Below, in pieces: positions 20,134-30,631 of a DNA stretch of 64,000 bases. The stretch is from Epithemia pelagica (Eukaryota > Protista > Bacillariophyta), in NCBI GenBank assembly GCA_946965045.2, contig OX337228.1:4526001-4590000 (forward strand), read 5' to 3'. The position numbers and the translations under genes were made by a program. Each line of letters begins with the position of its first letter. Position 1 is the stretch's first letter. A model generated the notes under the pieces. That model did not search any database and was not told the DNA's origin. It saw only the letters and a program-made list of their open reading frames with translations.

Positions 20134-22140
20134 CTATGGAGGAGAGTCGTTCTGGCTGTTGGTGTCCGGACCTATCTCAGGGACATTTGCGATCGGGTCC
20201 ACTGATGTTTGCGTTTCCTTGTCGCCGTCGATTGACCGGTCGGGGTTCTCAGCGGCTGTCGCAGTATCTGGGATGGGATCTTCTTTCTCTCCGGATTCAT
20301 TTTCGGTTAACTGATGTTGCTTTTGTCGTTCTTCTTCAGACTCTTGACTTTGGCATGATTGTACAACACTAGTCCATTCTTCTTGCGAAATGGCACCAGT
20401 CACAGGTGATTCCTCTTCGTCAACCATCTGCCTTTTTAACGCAAATTTGCGTGCTACCAACGACCCTTGTTTCCGTGCCAATTTCGCGACGCGTTCCAGA
20501 TCGACCACCCCCTTTGTGAAAGTTGCAGGATTACGCATTCCAGAAGACCAATCAGTGAAGCACACGGGCCGCAAGGCCACATGATGCACTCGTGAATCTT
20601 CATTATGCTTACTCTCTGTTTCTTTCCCATCATCACTATTTTGCTCTGGTGCGTGTTGCGACTGTCGTCCATGTTCGAGAATTTGGAGTACGGCGAGACA
20701 GCAGGGAAAGTACATTTCGTCACTCGCAGACACGTTTTTGAAGCAATTCCACAATTGATGATAGTAGTTTGTTATGTGACGGTCAATTTTCAATATGGCT
20801 TCAGTATGCAATCGACACAGACACAACCATTGATCAGCTTTCCAACGATAATGACCATGTACCATGCGATGGACATCTGCAAATTGATCCCGTTCATACA
20901 TGTTCCGCGGAGTACCAGGCGTGTTCCGACTACGAGCGTTTACCCATGATATTTCCCAGGGTGTGATTTGACGCCGATTGAATAATTCAGAAGCGCCACT
21001 CGCATCTTCTTTAGTAAGAAGGTTTTTTTGCTTGTCGGTTCCGGTCGAAGGATCCGAATCATTAGTTTCTTCCCCACCTGATGAAAAATAGAGTTTGATG
21101 TCTCCAAAGAATGCATCAACATATTCCCTTAGGGTTTTTACGGGTAAACAAGTTTCACTGATAAACAGAAACTTATCTGCCATTGGAAAACTGTTCTTAT
21201 TCTTTTCGCTGTTGCTCTGGAGAAAGAATCGCCGCGAGGCAAAACGTGGGTCTGAATCGTTCAATAAAGCATCTTGCGGTGAAGCTAGATCATATCCGAT
21301 ACGCAATAAATCAATCATAGCCCGGGTGATCTGGATGGAGCCCCAGGATGGTTCATGTGTCAAATATTCGGGGTCAGCATAAGAATTGCCTCTTCCCATG
21401 CGAGGTGGTTTCGTAATCAAATGGCGCCTGACAAATTTGGAGGTGACCTTATGAGGATATTTTGCGTGCACCAACAAACTCACTCGACAATTCGATTCCT
21501 CGAATGCCGATTCCGCCCAATGTCGCCATATGTGTTCGTAAGGCATTTCATCAATGATAATGGCCAGTAAACAGATGTGGAATGGACGTCGACCTAGATC
21601 GGCTGGCAATTCAGCTGGTGGTTCGTAAGCGTCAATATGATATCCACAGCGAGCCATTTCATCGAGGGCCCGTGGTCGACGGTGAGTGGGAGGAGACGTG
21701 GACGAACCAACTCCTCGATGACTTGAATGAGATTCGGATGGGTGGAATCCAGGTCCTCCTCGTCCAGAACTGTGATGGTAAGAACTAGAAGTTCCTTCAC
21801 CACTTCCAAGACGAGGCCTTGTATTACGCCGATTGTATTCATTTTCGATGTGATTGTGCTGCTGATGATCGGAGTAACCTCGGCGACGTGGGTTGTTGCT
21901 GTGGTGAGATCCACCTCCTCGTCCACCTTCACTTTGTCCTCCTCTTCCTGATCGATGATAAGAAGGGTCGGAATAGTGACCGTAATCAGCACCTCCTAGC
22001 CGTCCACGTCCTCCGCCATGTCCACGAGATTGGCTCTGGGTATTAGAAGTGTTTCCAGAGTTTTGGTTGGTTTGATTCGTTCCTTGCTGGGCCGCGTTCG
22101 CCGTTTGTTCGAATTTTTCAAGAGCCGACGCAAAATCCAT
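20134..22140 (-). CDS. Core-2/I-branching (GT14/DUF266-like) glycosyltransferase with RGG/His-rich N-terminus
   Basis: EMPYEHIWRHW, PSWGSIQITRAMIDLL, KFLFISETCLPV, KADQWLCL, ASDEMYFP, FTDWS, ARKF. Confidence 0.75.
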   Translation of the reverse strand: MDFASALEKFEQTANAAQQGTNQTNQNSGNTSNTQSQSRGHGGGRGRLGGADYGHYSDPSYHRSGRGGQSEGGRGGGSHHSNNPRRRGYSDHQQHNHIENEYNRRNTRPRLGSGEGTSSSYHHSSGRGGPGFHPSESHSSHRGVGSSTSPPTHRRPRALDEMARCGYHIDAYEPPAELPADLGRRPFHICLLAIIIDEMPYEHIWRHWAESAFEESNCRVSLLVHAKYPHKVTSKFVRRHLITKPPRMGRGNSYADPEYLTHEPSWGSIQITRAMIDLLRIGYDLASPQDALLNDSDPRFASRRFFLQSNSEKNKNSFPMADKFLFISETCLPVKTLREYVDAFFGDIKLYFSSGGEETNDSDPSTGTDKQKNLLTKEDASGASELFNRRQITPWEISWVNARSRNTPGTPRNMYERDQFADVHRMVHGHYRWKADQWLCLCRLHTEAILKIDRHITNYYHQLWNCFKNVSASDEMYFPCCLAVLQILEHGRQSQHAPEQNSDDGKETESKHNEDSRVHHVALRPVCFTDWSSGMRNPATFTKGVVDLERVAKLARKQGSLVARKFALKRQMVDEEESPVTGAISQEEWTSVVQSCQSQESEEERQKQHQLTENESGEKEDPIPDTATAAENPDRSIDGDKETQTSVDPIANVPEIGPDTNSQNDSPP

Positions 22141-22303
22141 TGATCATTTGATTGTTTTATTATCGTTCTCGTATGAATTTCAGTTTGTCGACTGTCGCCG
22201 AGAGCAGGGACAGAGACAACAATAATGGCCTACGGTAGAGGGAAGAAAGAGTAGCTATGTTCTGTATTATTACTCCTAACCTTACAAAAATCTTTTACTC
22301 CTA

Positions 22304-22315
22304 GCTAGAGGAGTA
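22304..22315 (+). promoter_or_regulatory. Recurrent intergenic motif GCTAGAGGAGTA (representative copy)
   Basis: Exact copies at 22304-22315 (+), 33322-33333 (-) and 36940-36951 (-); 11/12 matches at 3386-3397 and 30428-30439; all intergenic. Confidence 0.55.
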
Positions 22316-22586
22316 CTATCGCCTACCGCATTACTTAAATTTTGGTCGCTTTCGCTGAGCGCCTTGCTTGAACGATTACAATTGCTGTTCAACATCTGCC
22401 GAGCCGCTTTCAAGGTATGTGTTTCGTTTTTAAATGACGAAGGGTTTCTTGATTGACCCCTTCATGAGGTGTTAGATATGAATGTATAGATTCATGTTGG
22501 ATTGGCACCATCGACACCAGCTTCATCTCACGACTTGATTTCTCGTTCCGTGGCTCTTGTCTTTCATTCAACTCTTCAAAGAAATC

Positions 22587-23018
22587 ATGGGAAAACCAAA
22601 CGGTCTTCGTACTGGTCGTAAATTGCGAATCCACAGACGTAATCAACGCTGGCAAGATGCGAAATATTCCAAGGCCAATTCGGTTACGGCCATGAAAGCC
22701 AATCCCATGGGTGGATCCACAATGGCCAAAGGTATCGTCTTGGAAAAGATTGGTATTGAGGCTAAGCAGCCCAACTCTGCCATTCGAAAATGTGTACGTG
22801 TACAATTGATCAAGAACGGAAAGAAGATTGCCGCATTTGTACCACGAGATGGTTGTTTGAATTACTGCGATGAGAACGACGAAGTATTGATTGCTGGTTT
22901 CGGACGATCTGGTCATGCCGTAGGTGATATTCCAGGTGTTCGGTTTAAAGTGGTGAAAGTAGCTGGGGTATCGCTTTGGGCACTTTACAAGGAAAAGAAG
23001 GAGAAACCCCGATCTTAA
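22587..23018 (+). CDS. RPS23: 40S ribosomal protein S23 (uS12)
   Basis: [13 protein letters not shown]...[22 protein letters not shown]...[13 protein letters not shown]; 143 aa. A 5'UTR intron is likely at 22415-22581. Confidence 0.99.
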   Translation: MGKPNGLRTGRKLRIHRRNQRWQDAKYSKANSVTAMKANPMGGSTMAKGIVLEKIGIEAKQPNSAIRKCVRVQLIKNGKKIAAFVPRDGCLNYCDENDEVLIAGFGRSGHAVGDIPGVRFKVVKVAGVSLWALYKEKKEKPRS

Positions 23019-23306
23019 GGAATATCCCATCATTATAGACACACAGAAACGCAGCTGCAACACAAGACACTACCTTATTACATAGTGCACACTACCGTAT
23101 AACATAGTGCAGGCCTTGTTGGTGTATCATGGATCAGTAACCATTACAGGTGGCTACAAGCATTACATCTACTGTTCGCCAGTGGAAAAGCCTTAGCAAT
23201 CGCATGGGTCGTTCTACAGTCGTAAATGATAAATCGAGCCAAGGTGGGAAAGAAACGACAAAACAAAATCCCAACGCCTTGCGACTTAAAAGGTCTGGGC
23301 TCCTGA

Positions 23307-24215
23307 TCATGGACGAAGTTCGTCGTCTTCATCAATAATGTCATATTCCGGCACGGTGTCAACGTCGTGGAAATCAACAAAGGCTTCTTCAAGGAGAGGC
23401 ATGATAGCTTCTGACTCCGATGGCGTGAGTAAAATGCGATTGGCAGGTGTTTTGGGATCGGCTTTCCCAACCAACAAAATGGGGTCAATAAGTCGTACTA
23501 GATTGAACTCTTTGCCGCGATGTTCAAAAGATAAGAGCACTTCCACTTCTTCTTCATCATCTTCGGTATCATCTTCGTCGTCTTCGTCGTCGTCCTCCTC
23601 CTCTTCTTCTTCTTCTTCATCTTCGTCATCGTCTAGTTCACCTACTAAGGTCAATGTTTGAGGCGTTCGTTGCAAGGATAACTCTTCCCCGTATTCATCA
23701 TCAACAATGGATTCGGCAATGGGGAAAATGTCGTCCATCAAGTCGTCGTCTAATTCCACGGGTACCAATTGATCTTCCTCGTCAAAGTAACACAAAGCGA
23801 CGGAATAGTCACACGGAACGCCAATCGTGTATTCCACACCACCTACTTCTGCCACTGAATCAGCGTAGCACTCAATAAAGTCATTTCCAACCAAATCAAC
23901 AAAAGGAATGGCAACACCTTCCATATCAGAAGGAATGCGCTTCAATTCAGGAAATGACGAGGATGCCCCCTCTTCCCCATTGCTCTTCATACTGCAAATA
24001 AAAGTTTTCCATGTTCTCCAGGAATACTCATTGCTTCGTTGTTTCGCATTTTCTGTGAGACTCGATGAAAGGCGAGGAGCTCGCGCGACGGTATCAAGTG
24101 ACGATTGTGTTCGAGCCCCGCCTAAGCCAGCTGGTCGTGGTCTGGCCTGGAAAGCACCAACCGATGTGCATCTGAGCAATCCATGTAATAGCAAAGGTAC
24201 AAATAGTGGCTTCAT
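23307..24215 (-). CDS. Plastid-targeted DUF3727-like protein
   Basis: Signal peptide ending VGA-F plus transit-like region; IECYADS, YTIGVPCD, DIFPIA, LQRTPQTLTLVGEL, acidic run, LIDPILLVGK. Confidence 0.65.
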   Translation of the reverse strand: MKPLFVPLLLHGLLRCTSVGAFQARPRPAGLGGARTQSSLDTVARAPRLSSSLTENAKQRSNEYSWRTWKTFICSMKSNGEEGASSSFPELKRIPSDMEGVAIPFVDLVGNDFIECYADSVAEVGGVEYTIGVPCDYSVALCYFDEEDQLVPVELDDDLMDDIFPIAESIVDDEYGEELSLQRTPQTLTLVGELDDDEDEEEEEEEEDDDEDDEDDTEDDEEEVEVLLSFEHRGKEFNLVRLIDPILLVGKADPKTPANRILLTPSESEAIMPLLEEAFVDFHDVDTVPEYDIIDEDDELRP

Positions 24216-24500
24216 GGTCGATTTTGACAAAGATTCTTCTTGGATTCGTCAGCTCTTTTGGTGTGGTTGACAAGAAATTGAGAGGTGCGAATTTCGGTAT
24301 CTTATTTCAGTCCGGTCAAGAGTCAGCTACCTCTAAGAATCCACAATCCACACTAAGAATCCACCTAAGGTACGAGTAGGACTCTAGCAACAGTTCGCAC
24401 TTCGAACGCTCTCCTACTTTCCCTTTACGAACAATGAATGAACCACAAAACCATGTCCCTCACTAGAAAGATGTCTCCAGAAGTATCTGTTGAAATTGTT

Positions 24501-25946
24501 TTATTCGAGCTTCGCTGGAGTAGAAATAATAATCTTTCCCACACTTTTGCCACTTTGAATAAACTCATGTGCTTCCGCAATGCGATCCAGGCCGTCAAAG
24601 GTTGTAACATGGGGGCAACGAAGCTTGCCTTCTTCTATCCACGCCGTTACTTGGTCAAATAAAGTGGCGAGGATTTCACGTTCCTCCGCGAAGAAAGACA
24701 AGTTGAAGGTCATTACTGACTTGTTTGTTGATCCCATTTCCATGACGTCGAACTTTGGCATATGAAACAACATTTTGCGAGTCATTTGCATCCATTCCCA
24801 TGGTGATAACATGTCACGACCCAGCGGCAAATTCGTGTGAAAGCCATATACAACAAGACGTCCCATAGGACACAAGTGGTTATAGGATTGCTGCAACGTC
24901 GCCACCCCATTGGATTCCATGACCGTTGAATATCCATCAGGTGAAGCAGCGTGGATTTGTTCCCATACTTGGTCCATATCCTTACAAGAACTTTTGTCAA
25001 TGACGACATCACAACCCAATTCTCTGGCAACATCTATTTTGGCAGATCGTCCCACAACACCGACAATGGGTGACATGCCAAGAATCTTGGCCATTTGACA
25101 CATCATGCTGCCCACTCCACCAGCCGCTGAGTGAATAAGAATAGCTCGATTTTTGCTTCCCAGATGGCTTGGCTTGTTACCATCAGAGTCTAACGGAAAG
25201 TACTGGCCTGCCAGGAATAAGGCGTACAACGCTGTCAGAGCAACGGCAGGGAGTGAAGCGGCCTGATCCATGGAGAGCGACGAGGGGACTTTCCGTAGTT
25301 GCATATCGGGAACCAACACACGTGTACTGTAGGCACCAAACAAGCTACATCCATATACTTTGTCACCAATACGGAATGGTAGGTTATGAGACGATGGCGA
25401 CAAACTGTCCGGGAGAACGAATCGTTCTACAACACCTGCAATATCAAAGCCCGGACAAATTGGATAGCCAACATACTGATTGGCACTTCCGTACAATCCC
25501 CACCGTATACAGCAATCAGCGAAGTTGACTGAAAAGGCTTCCACTCTGACTACGACAAGCACTTGCTGGTTGTTGCCAGTCTCACTCTGAGAATTGGCTA
25601 GCATCAACGCATTGGCATCGGTAACAAAAGGGCCGCCAAGTCCATCAGACGTACTCACACCTAGGTTGTAGCCACACGTCATGGTGCCTGGGTGCAGCGT
25701 TATGTGTCGGAGTTGTTCCAGGCCTCCAGGACGTCCAATAATGACGCATTGAGTATTGACAGTGTGCGAATTTCCCTCGCTCTTGTCGCCGCTGTCTTCT
25801 GCCTTTAATTCATGAGGACAATATGGAATCAGCCGATGCCGAAAGGAAGGGGCAAATGATCGCACAAACCAGGACAAGACGTTTTCCCATACAGCCCATA
25901 GAGTTGGATTGCGGGAAAGGATGGAAGTAAATAGACCGTTGCTCAT
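24501..25946 (-). CDS. MDR-family NADPH:quinone oxidoreductase (VAT-1-like)
   Basis: VRVEAFSVNFAD, PGFDIAGVV, GDKVYGCSLFGAYS, ILIHSAAGGVG, GRLVVYG, QSGKSVGKIII. Likely start MSNGLF at 25946. Confidence 0.85.
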   Translation of the reverse strand: MSNGLFTSILSRNPTLWAVWENVLSWFVRSFAPSFRHRLIPYCPHELKAEDSGDKSEGNSHTVNTQCVIIGRPGGLEQLRHITLHPGTMTCGYNLGVSTSDGLGGPFVTDANALMLANSQSETGNNQQVLVVVRVEAFSVNFADCCIRWGLYGSANQYVGYPICPGFDIAGVVERFVLPDSLSPSSHNLPFRIGDKVYGCSLFGAYSTRVLVPDMQLRKVPSSLSMDQAASLPAVALTALYALFLAGQYFPLDSDGNKPSHLGSKNRAILIHSAAGGVGSMMCQMAKILGMSPIVGVVGRSAKIDVARELGCDVVIDKSSCKDMDQVWEQIHAASPDGYSTVMESNGVATLQQSYNHLCPMGRLVVYGFHTNLPLGRDMLSPWEWMQMTRKMLFHMPKFDVMEMGSTNKSVMTFNLSFFAEEREILATLFDQVTAWIEEGKLRCPHVTTFDGLDRIAEAHEFIQSGKSVGKIIISTPAKLE

Positions 25947-25985
25947 GATGTGGTTGAGATTTGAGATTCGCCTCTGAGTAGATAT

Positions 25986-26047
25986 GGATATTGGATATTG
26001 GATATTGGATATTGGATATTGGATATTGGATATTGGATATTGGATAT
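25986..26047. repeat. Heptamer minisatellite (GGATATT)8.9
   Basis: Eight perfect units plus a partial unit, upstream of the VAT-1-like start codon. Confidence 0.97.
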
Positions 26048-26489
26048 GGCATGATGATAGATGATGATAGGGTTCCTGGAACAGATCCGGTTTTCCAGCC
26101 AGAGTTGCAATTCCCGCAGTGACGTAGTTCGGAAGCAGGCAAACATCACATATACTTTTCAGCGGCTCATGACATTGATGGAAATAATGCATATCATCAC
26201 TATTACAATTTCACACGCTGGAAATTGCTATGTGATTATCTGTACATTTTGATTCTATACAGCCATATTTCCACGGCTCCCCCAGGTTACTGTGCAACTT
26301 GTAGTATGTCGTCCGTCAACGCGACTGTAGATCATTCGTGTGGACGAAGAATTGCACCGTTAGGAGAGCTCTCTTGACTCTTGACACTTGAACCCAGTCC
26401 ACTCTAGCTCTTGACAAAGACGACAGAGCAGTTGGAAAGACGACGCTGCGTTATCCTGTTGGAAGGACATCTAGATTCATTCTTGAACG

Positions 26490-28933
26490 ATGGCTTCGCC
26501 TGAAATCGTGAACGAATCTCAACCGGAAGCACCACCTGTCGAAACTGAGGCCACCAAAGTTCATCCGCCACAACACGTATGTACATGTCGCGTACGAATC
26601 TCTTGTCATTGTGAATACGCCTGTTGCTGCATCTTTCGCGACATCTGGGATGTCTCTGACTCTTGAGCTTTGTTTTTCCTCGAACTTGTATAACAGGAGG
26701 GTGCTATTGAGAAAGCAGATGGCGCCAAGTTAGACCAGAGCCGTGGCCATGATGGCAATGACGTAACAGTGGGAGACTCCTTGGATCCTCTTGATCCAAC
26801 TGAAGCATCAGACGCAGCAGAGCCAGACCTTGCAACTCCTACGAGTCTTGCGGAAGATGATTCCTTTGATGCTTCTCTGAACACTCCAAACAACAATGAC
26901 ATCATGTCGAAATCGGCATTGGATCATGAAGGCCTTAAAGTATTATTCTTGTCTTCCGATACGGGCGGTGGGCATCGGGCCAGTGCGGAATCTCTGGCCA
27001 AACAGTTTCAGTTGCTTTTCCCCGGTAGCACATACGACTTGGTTGATCTTGTCGAGGAAGACTTCGGGCCACCCTACAACAGTCTTGTCAGTATGTACAA
27101 GCATTTGAGTGCTCATCCTTCTCAATGGAAACTTTTATACAGCATCAGCAATTCGCGAGGTTTCGAAATGATCGCCGATGCACATTTTAAACTGCTATGC
27201 GAAAGAGCCTGTCGGAAACGTATCAAGAAGTATAATCCAGATGTCGTGGTGTCGGTAAGTTACATCATTTGTTGGTTTTGTCGGAGATCTCCACATGGAT
27301 TTCTCCTAGACTTGCAAATGGCAACAATGAAGGCATGATATGCAGCTTTGATTATATTCTCACAATCTTTTACGGGTGTTCAAATGAAAACTAAATATGA
27401 AGGTACATCCGTTGATGACGAACGTCCCTGTGTTGGCATGCAAGCGCATATCCAATGAAACTGGACGACACCTACCCGTCTTTACAGTTGTAACGGACCT
27501 TGGATCAGCCCATTGTCTGTGGTTTGCGAACGGTGTTGAAAAGATGTTTGTTGGAAGTGAAAGTGTCAAGGAGCTGGCCAAGGCCCGAGGCAAAGTCGCT
27601 GAAGAAAAGTTGGTCCTCAGTGGTTTGCCAATCCGTCATGATTTTGCTGTACAAGCCGATAAATTAGGCGATCGCATGTCGAAAGAAGGAAAACAGTATC
27701 AGGTTAAAGTACGCGACGACCTTGACTTGCCTTTTACGGATCGGAAAACGCTCCTGGTCATGGGTGGCGGAGAAGGTACGTCTTTTGTGACAGCATGTGG
27801 CAGGAGCACAGCCAACGTTCAACCTTACACGGTATGTGCAACGTTATTATGGCACAGGTGTTGGATCTCTTTCGAATATTGTCGACGCACTCTACGTAGA
27901 GTTGACGGCACAAGGTAAGTCTTGCGCTGACACGGTCCGATTGCTCATCAACACAAAGTGTGGTTGGAACTTTTGTCTTATCAATTAGTTCCTTTGCACA
28001 GGAATCGACGCCTTGATTCTGGTGGTTTGTGGCCGAAATGAGAAACTGAAGCAATCGTTAGCATCTCGGGATTGGGCAGAAGTCTTCCAGGTGTGGCAAT
28101 CGGCCAAGAATCGTGACGGGGTGTCGAAGAGTATCCTGTCGTTTGGAGACACTTGTGGGAGTGGCATTTCCACCAATGGTTGTATTCAAGGTGTTACCGT
28201 GTCTGGTTCAATTCGTAGGATGTTGAGTTCAGGTTCTCTCACCGTCGGAAACGCCATGGCAGACCCAAATCCATTGCCAAGTCCAGGTGGTAGCCAACCG
28301 GTCGATGCCATTCTCGAGGAAAAGAAAGCGGAAGAAGCGAAGGCTGCTGTTGTATTGGATGACGATACGAAGAACGAGCAGACATCAGAAACGCATGACG
28401 CTCCACCACCTGAAGTAGTCCCCACATCTAGTGAGGGCGTGGATTCCATTGTCGATGAAAACACGAGAGCTGCCGGTAATGTACATGTGGTTGGTTTGGG
28501 GTTTGTTACACGAATGGCGGAATACATGGTCGCAGCCGACATTTTGGTGTCAAAGGCAGGTCCTGGAACCATCTCCGAAGCCGCAGCTCTCTCATTGCCC
28601 GTCATGTTGACTTCGTTTTTACCTGGGCAAGAAGAGGGAAATGTCGATTTCGTGGTCAATGGGGGTTTTGGCGCGTACGTGAACGATTCTGATCCTATTG
28701 GGATTGCGGAAGAAGTATGTATGTGGTTGCGGGATGATGATCGACGGACCAAATTGAGTGTCGCAGCAAAAGCTCATGGTGCTCCGTGGGCAGCGCGGGA
28801 CATTGTGAAACAAATCGGTGACTCGACGTTGAAGTGGAGAGAAATAAATCGTGAAAAGGATATTGCGGACGCTGCTGCGGCGCTGAAGGATAATGAGGAC
28901 AAGCAGAATCTCGACCTTCCATTGAAAGCGTAA
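26490..28933 (+). CDS. MGD: Monogalactosyldiacylglycerol synthase (GT28)
   Basis: LSSDTGGGHRASA, VVSVHPLM, TVVTDLGSAH, GLPIR, LVMGGGEGVG, VVCGRN, KAGPGTISEA, PGQEEGNV. In-frame GT-AG introns at 26577-26696, 27255-27402, 27776-27857 and 27915-28001. Confidence 0.93.
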
Positions 28934-29425
28934 TTTTGTGTTCCGTACAAAAATTGAATGCTCGGTATGTGTATTAATGCTATCTACCTAGTGATCTCAA
29001 AACAATGCAAAGCCTATAGGATTAAATATCAAGCCGGTGCATTGGATCATAAAGGAAGAGAAAAGCATTTGAAATGAAGTCAATTCTATACGATACTGGG
29101 CATCGTGTGTGAAACGATGAATGATAACATTTGACAGGAATAGACAAGAATGTTTTCCTTCTCTACATACAGAATGTTGGGACTTGGAAACGATTCTTTT
29201 AGGACGATGAGACACAGCACACAGATCACTCCATTGTTTCATCTAAACTATCGGTAACGACATCGACAATATCAAAAGTCTCGACGTCAACAAAGCAACT
29301 ACATACAACCGAGAACCTGGAATCCAGTCAAGTATCTAAGTGCATCATATTTGTCCTCAGTTTCACGACCACCACCATTGTGAAAAGTAGAGTTGTCTCA
29401 ATTTTACAGCTAATTGATCTGGCTC

Positions 29426-30103
29426 TTATGCATCAGAGCCACGTCGAGGCGTATCTCTCGTGTTTGGTTTCAAAAGCAAGCCACCACCAGTGTTTCCACC
29501 TGTACCGGTGCCCGCTTTTCGTTCTCCTCTTTGACTCCGTTTGCCTCGAGTGCTGTGATTATCTTTCGACGCCACCTTAGAAACATTGATGTGAATCTTT
29601 TGTCCCTCTTTTATGCTGTAGTCTTTTGCTGGACCGTAATCGATTTTGACCGGGTTCGCTTCTGCTGCTCGTTCACGGCGCGCATCTTCCAAAGAGGTGT
29701 TGAAATCAAAGGCGTCGTTGCGTTCGTTGAATGCCATTCCAATATACATGTGCCGACCATTGGCATTTTCGACTCGTAGAACAAAATACCGACTGCTGTC
29801 GACACAGCGATCCACCGCACCGTCCTTTACAGGACAAACCGCAAAAATGGCGCCCGTAGTTCGATCCACTAGCAATATCACAGTTAAATCACCTCGCTCC
29901 ACGACTTTCAGGGTCCCTTGCCACACTTCCTGGTCCCAGTCGGCTCCTCGCCACCCTCCTGCTGTTTGACGGGTGGGTAATTTAAAGACATGTGCATCTG
30001 GAATGCTGCATCTTACTCGTTCAATCACTTCGGGGTCTTCTAGTGATTGCAAGTACGCAGCGGCTTCATTCGGGACGCCTGCTTCTTCAGCAGTCAGAGG
30101 CAT
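29426..30103 (-). CDS. NECAP: Adaptin ear-binding coat-associated protein (NECAP)
   Basis: HVFKLP..TAGGWRGADW, WQGTLKVV, FAVCPV, VDSSRYFVLRVEN, IGMAFNERNDAFDFNTSL. Confidence 0.9.
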   Translation of the reverse strand: MPLTAEEAGVPNEAAAYLQSLEDPEVIERVRCSIPDAHVFKLPTRQTAGGWRGADWDQEVWQGTLKVVERGDLTVILLVDRTTGAIFAVCPVKDGAVDRCVDSSRYFVLRVENANGRHMYIGMAFNERNDAFDFNTSLEDARRERAAEANPVKIDYGPAKDYSIKEGQKIHINVSKVASKDNHSTRGKRSQRGERKAGTGTGGNTGGGLLLKPNTRDTPRRGSDA

Positions 30104-30631
30104 CGTTGCTGATTGTGGTAACAGAGTTTTACAAGAGTCTACAATATATCATGCGCCGATCAAGGCACGGATGAGGTCTCAACATTCAATGCCTTTCCTC
30201 TTTCCCACTTCCAATCCGACTTTGATCTGTCATACATGCCACTATCCGCTAAGCCCCAAAGCCCAGCTTTCCCAGCAGACCATAATGCTTTGAGGAGGCT
30301 TTGAATGACCGGACGTGCGGGGAGTATGGGGGCGCAATGACCGATCGACATCAAATCTGCGGGTCACATCTACAGTAGTCAGATCCAGAAGTACACTATA
30401 TACTATTCGGGTAGGAGTAACTTTCTCGCTGGAGGAGTATCTTTCGGTAACCTCCTCTAGCTAGCTCCGCTATGGTGCTCGGCTTTAGTGAGACACCAAA
30501 ATGAATAAGGTAATGAATCTTCCTACCGCCCTAGAACCAAAGAGGATGCTGGGGAAGTTTTCTTTGCCTCGTCATAGTGGAACACAAACTCCACCTTACC
30601 GGTATAGTGTCGAACCTGTGCAGCATTACTG

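Noticed and set aside
25947-26192. N-terminal extension of the VAT-1-like ORF (IQYPISN repeats)
   Set aside because: It is the translation of the heptamer minisatellite; the likely start is MSNGLF at 25946.
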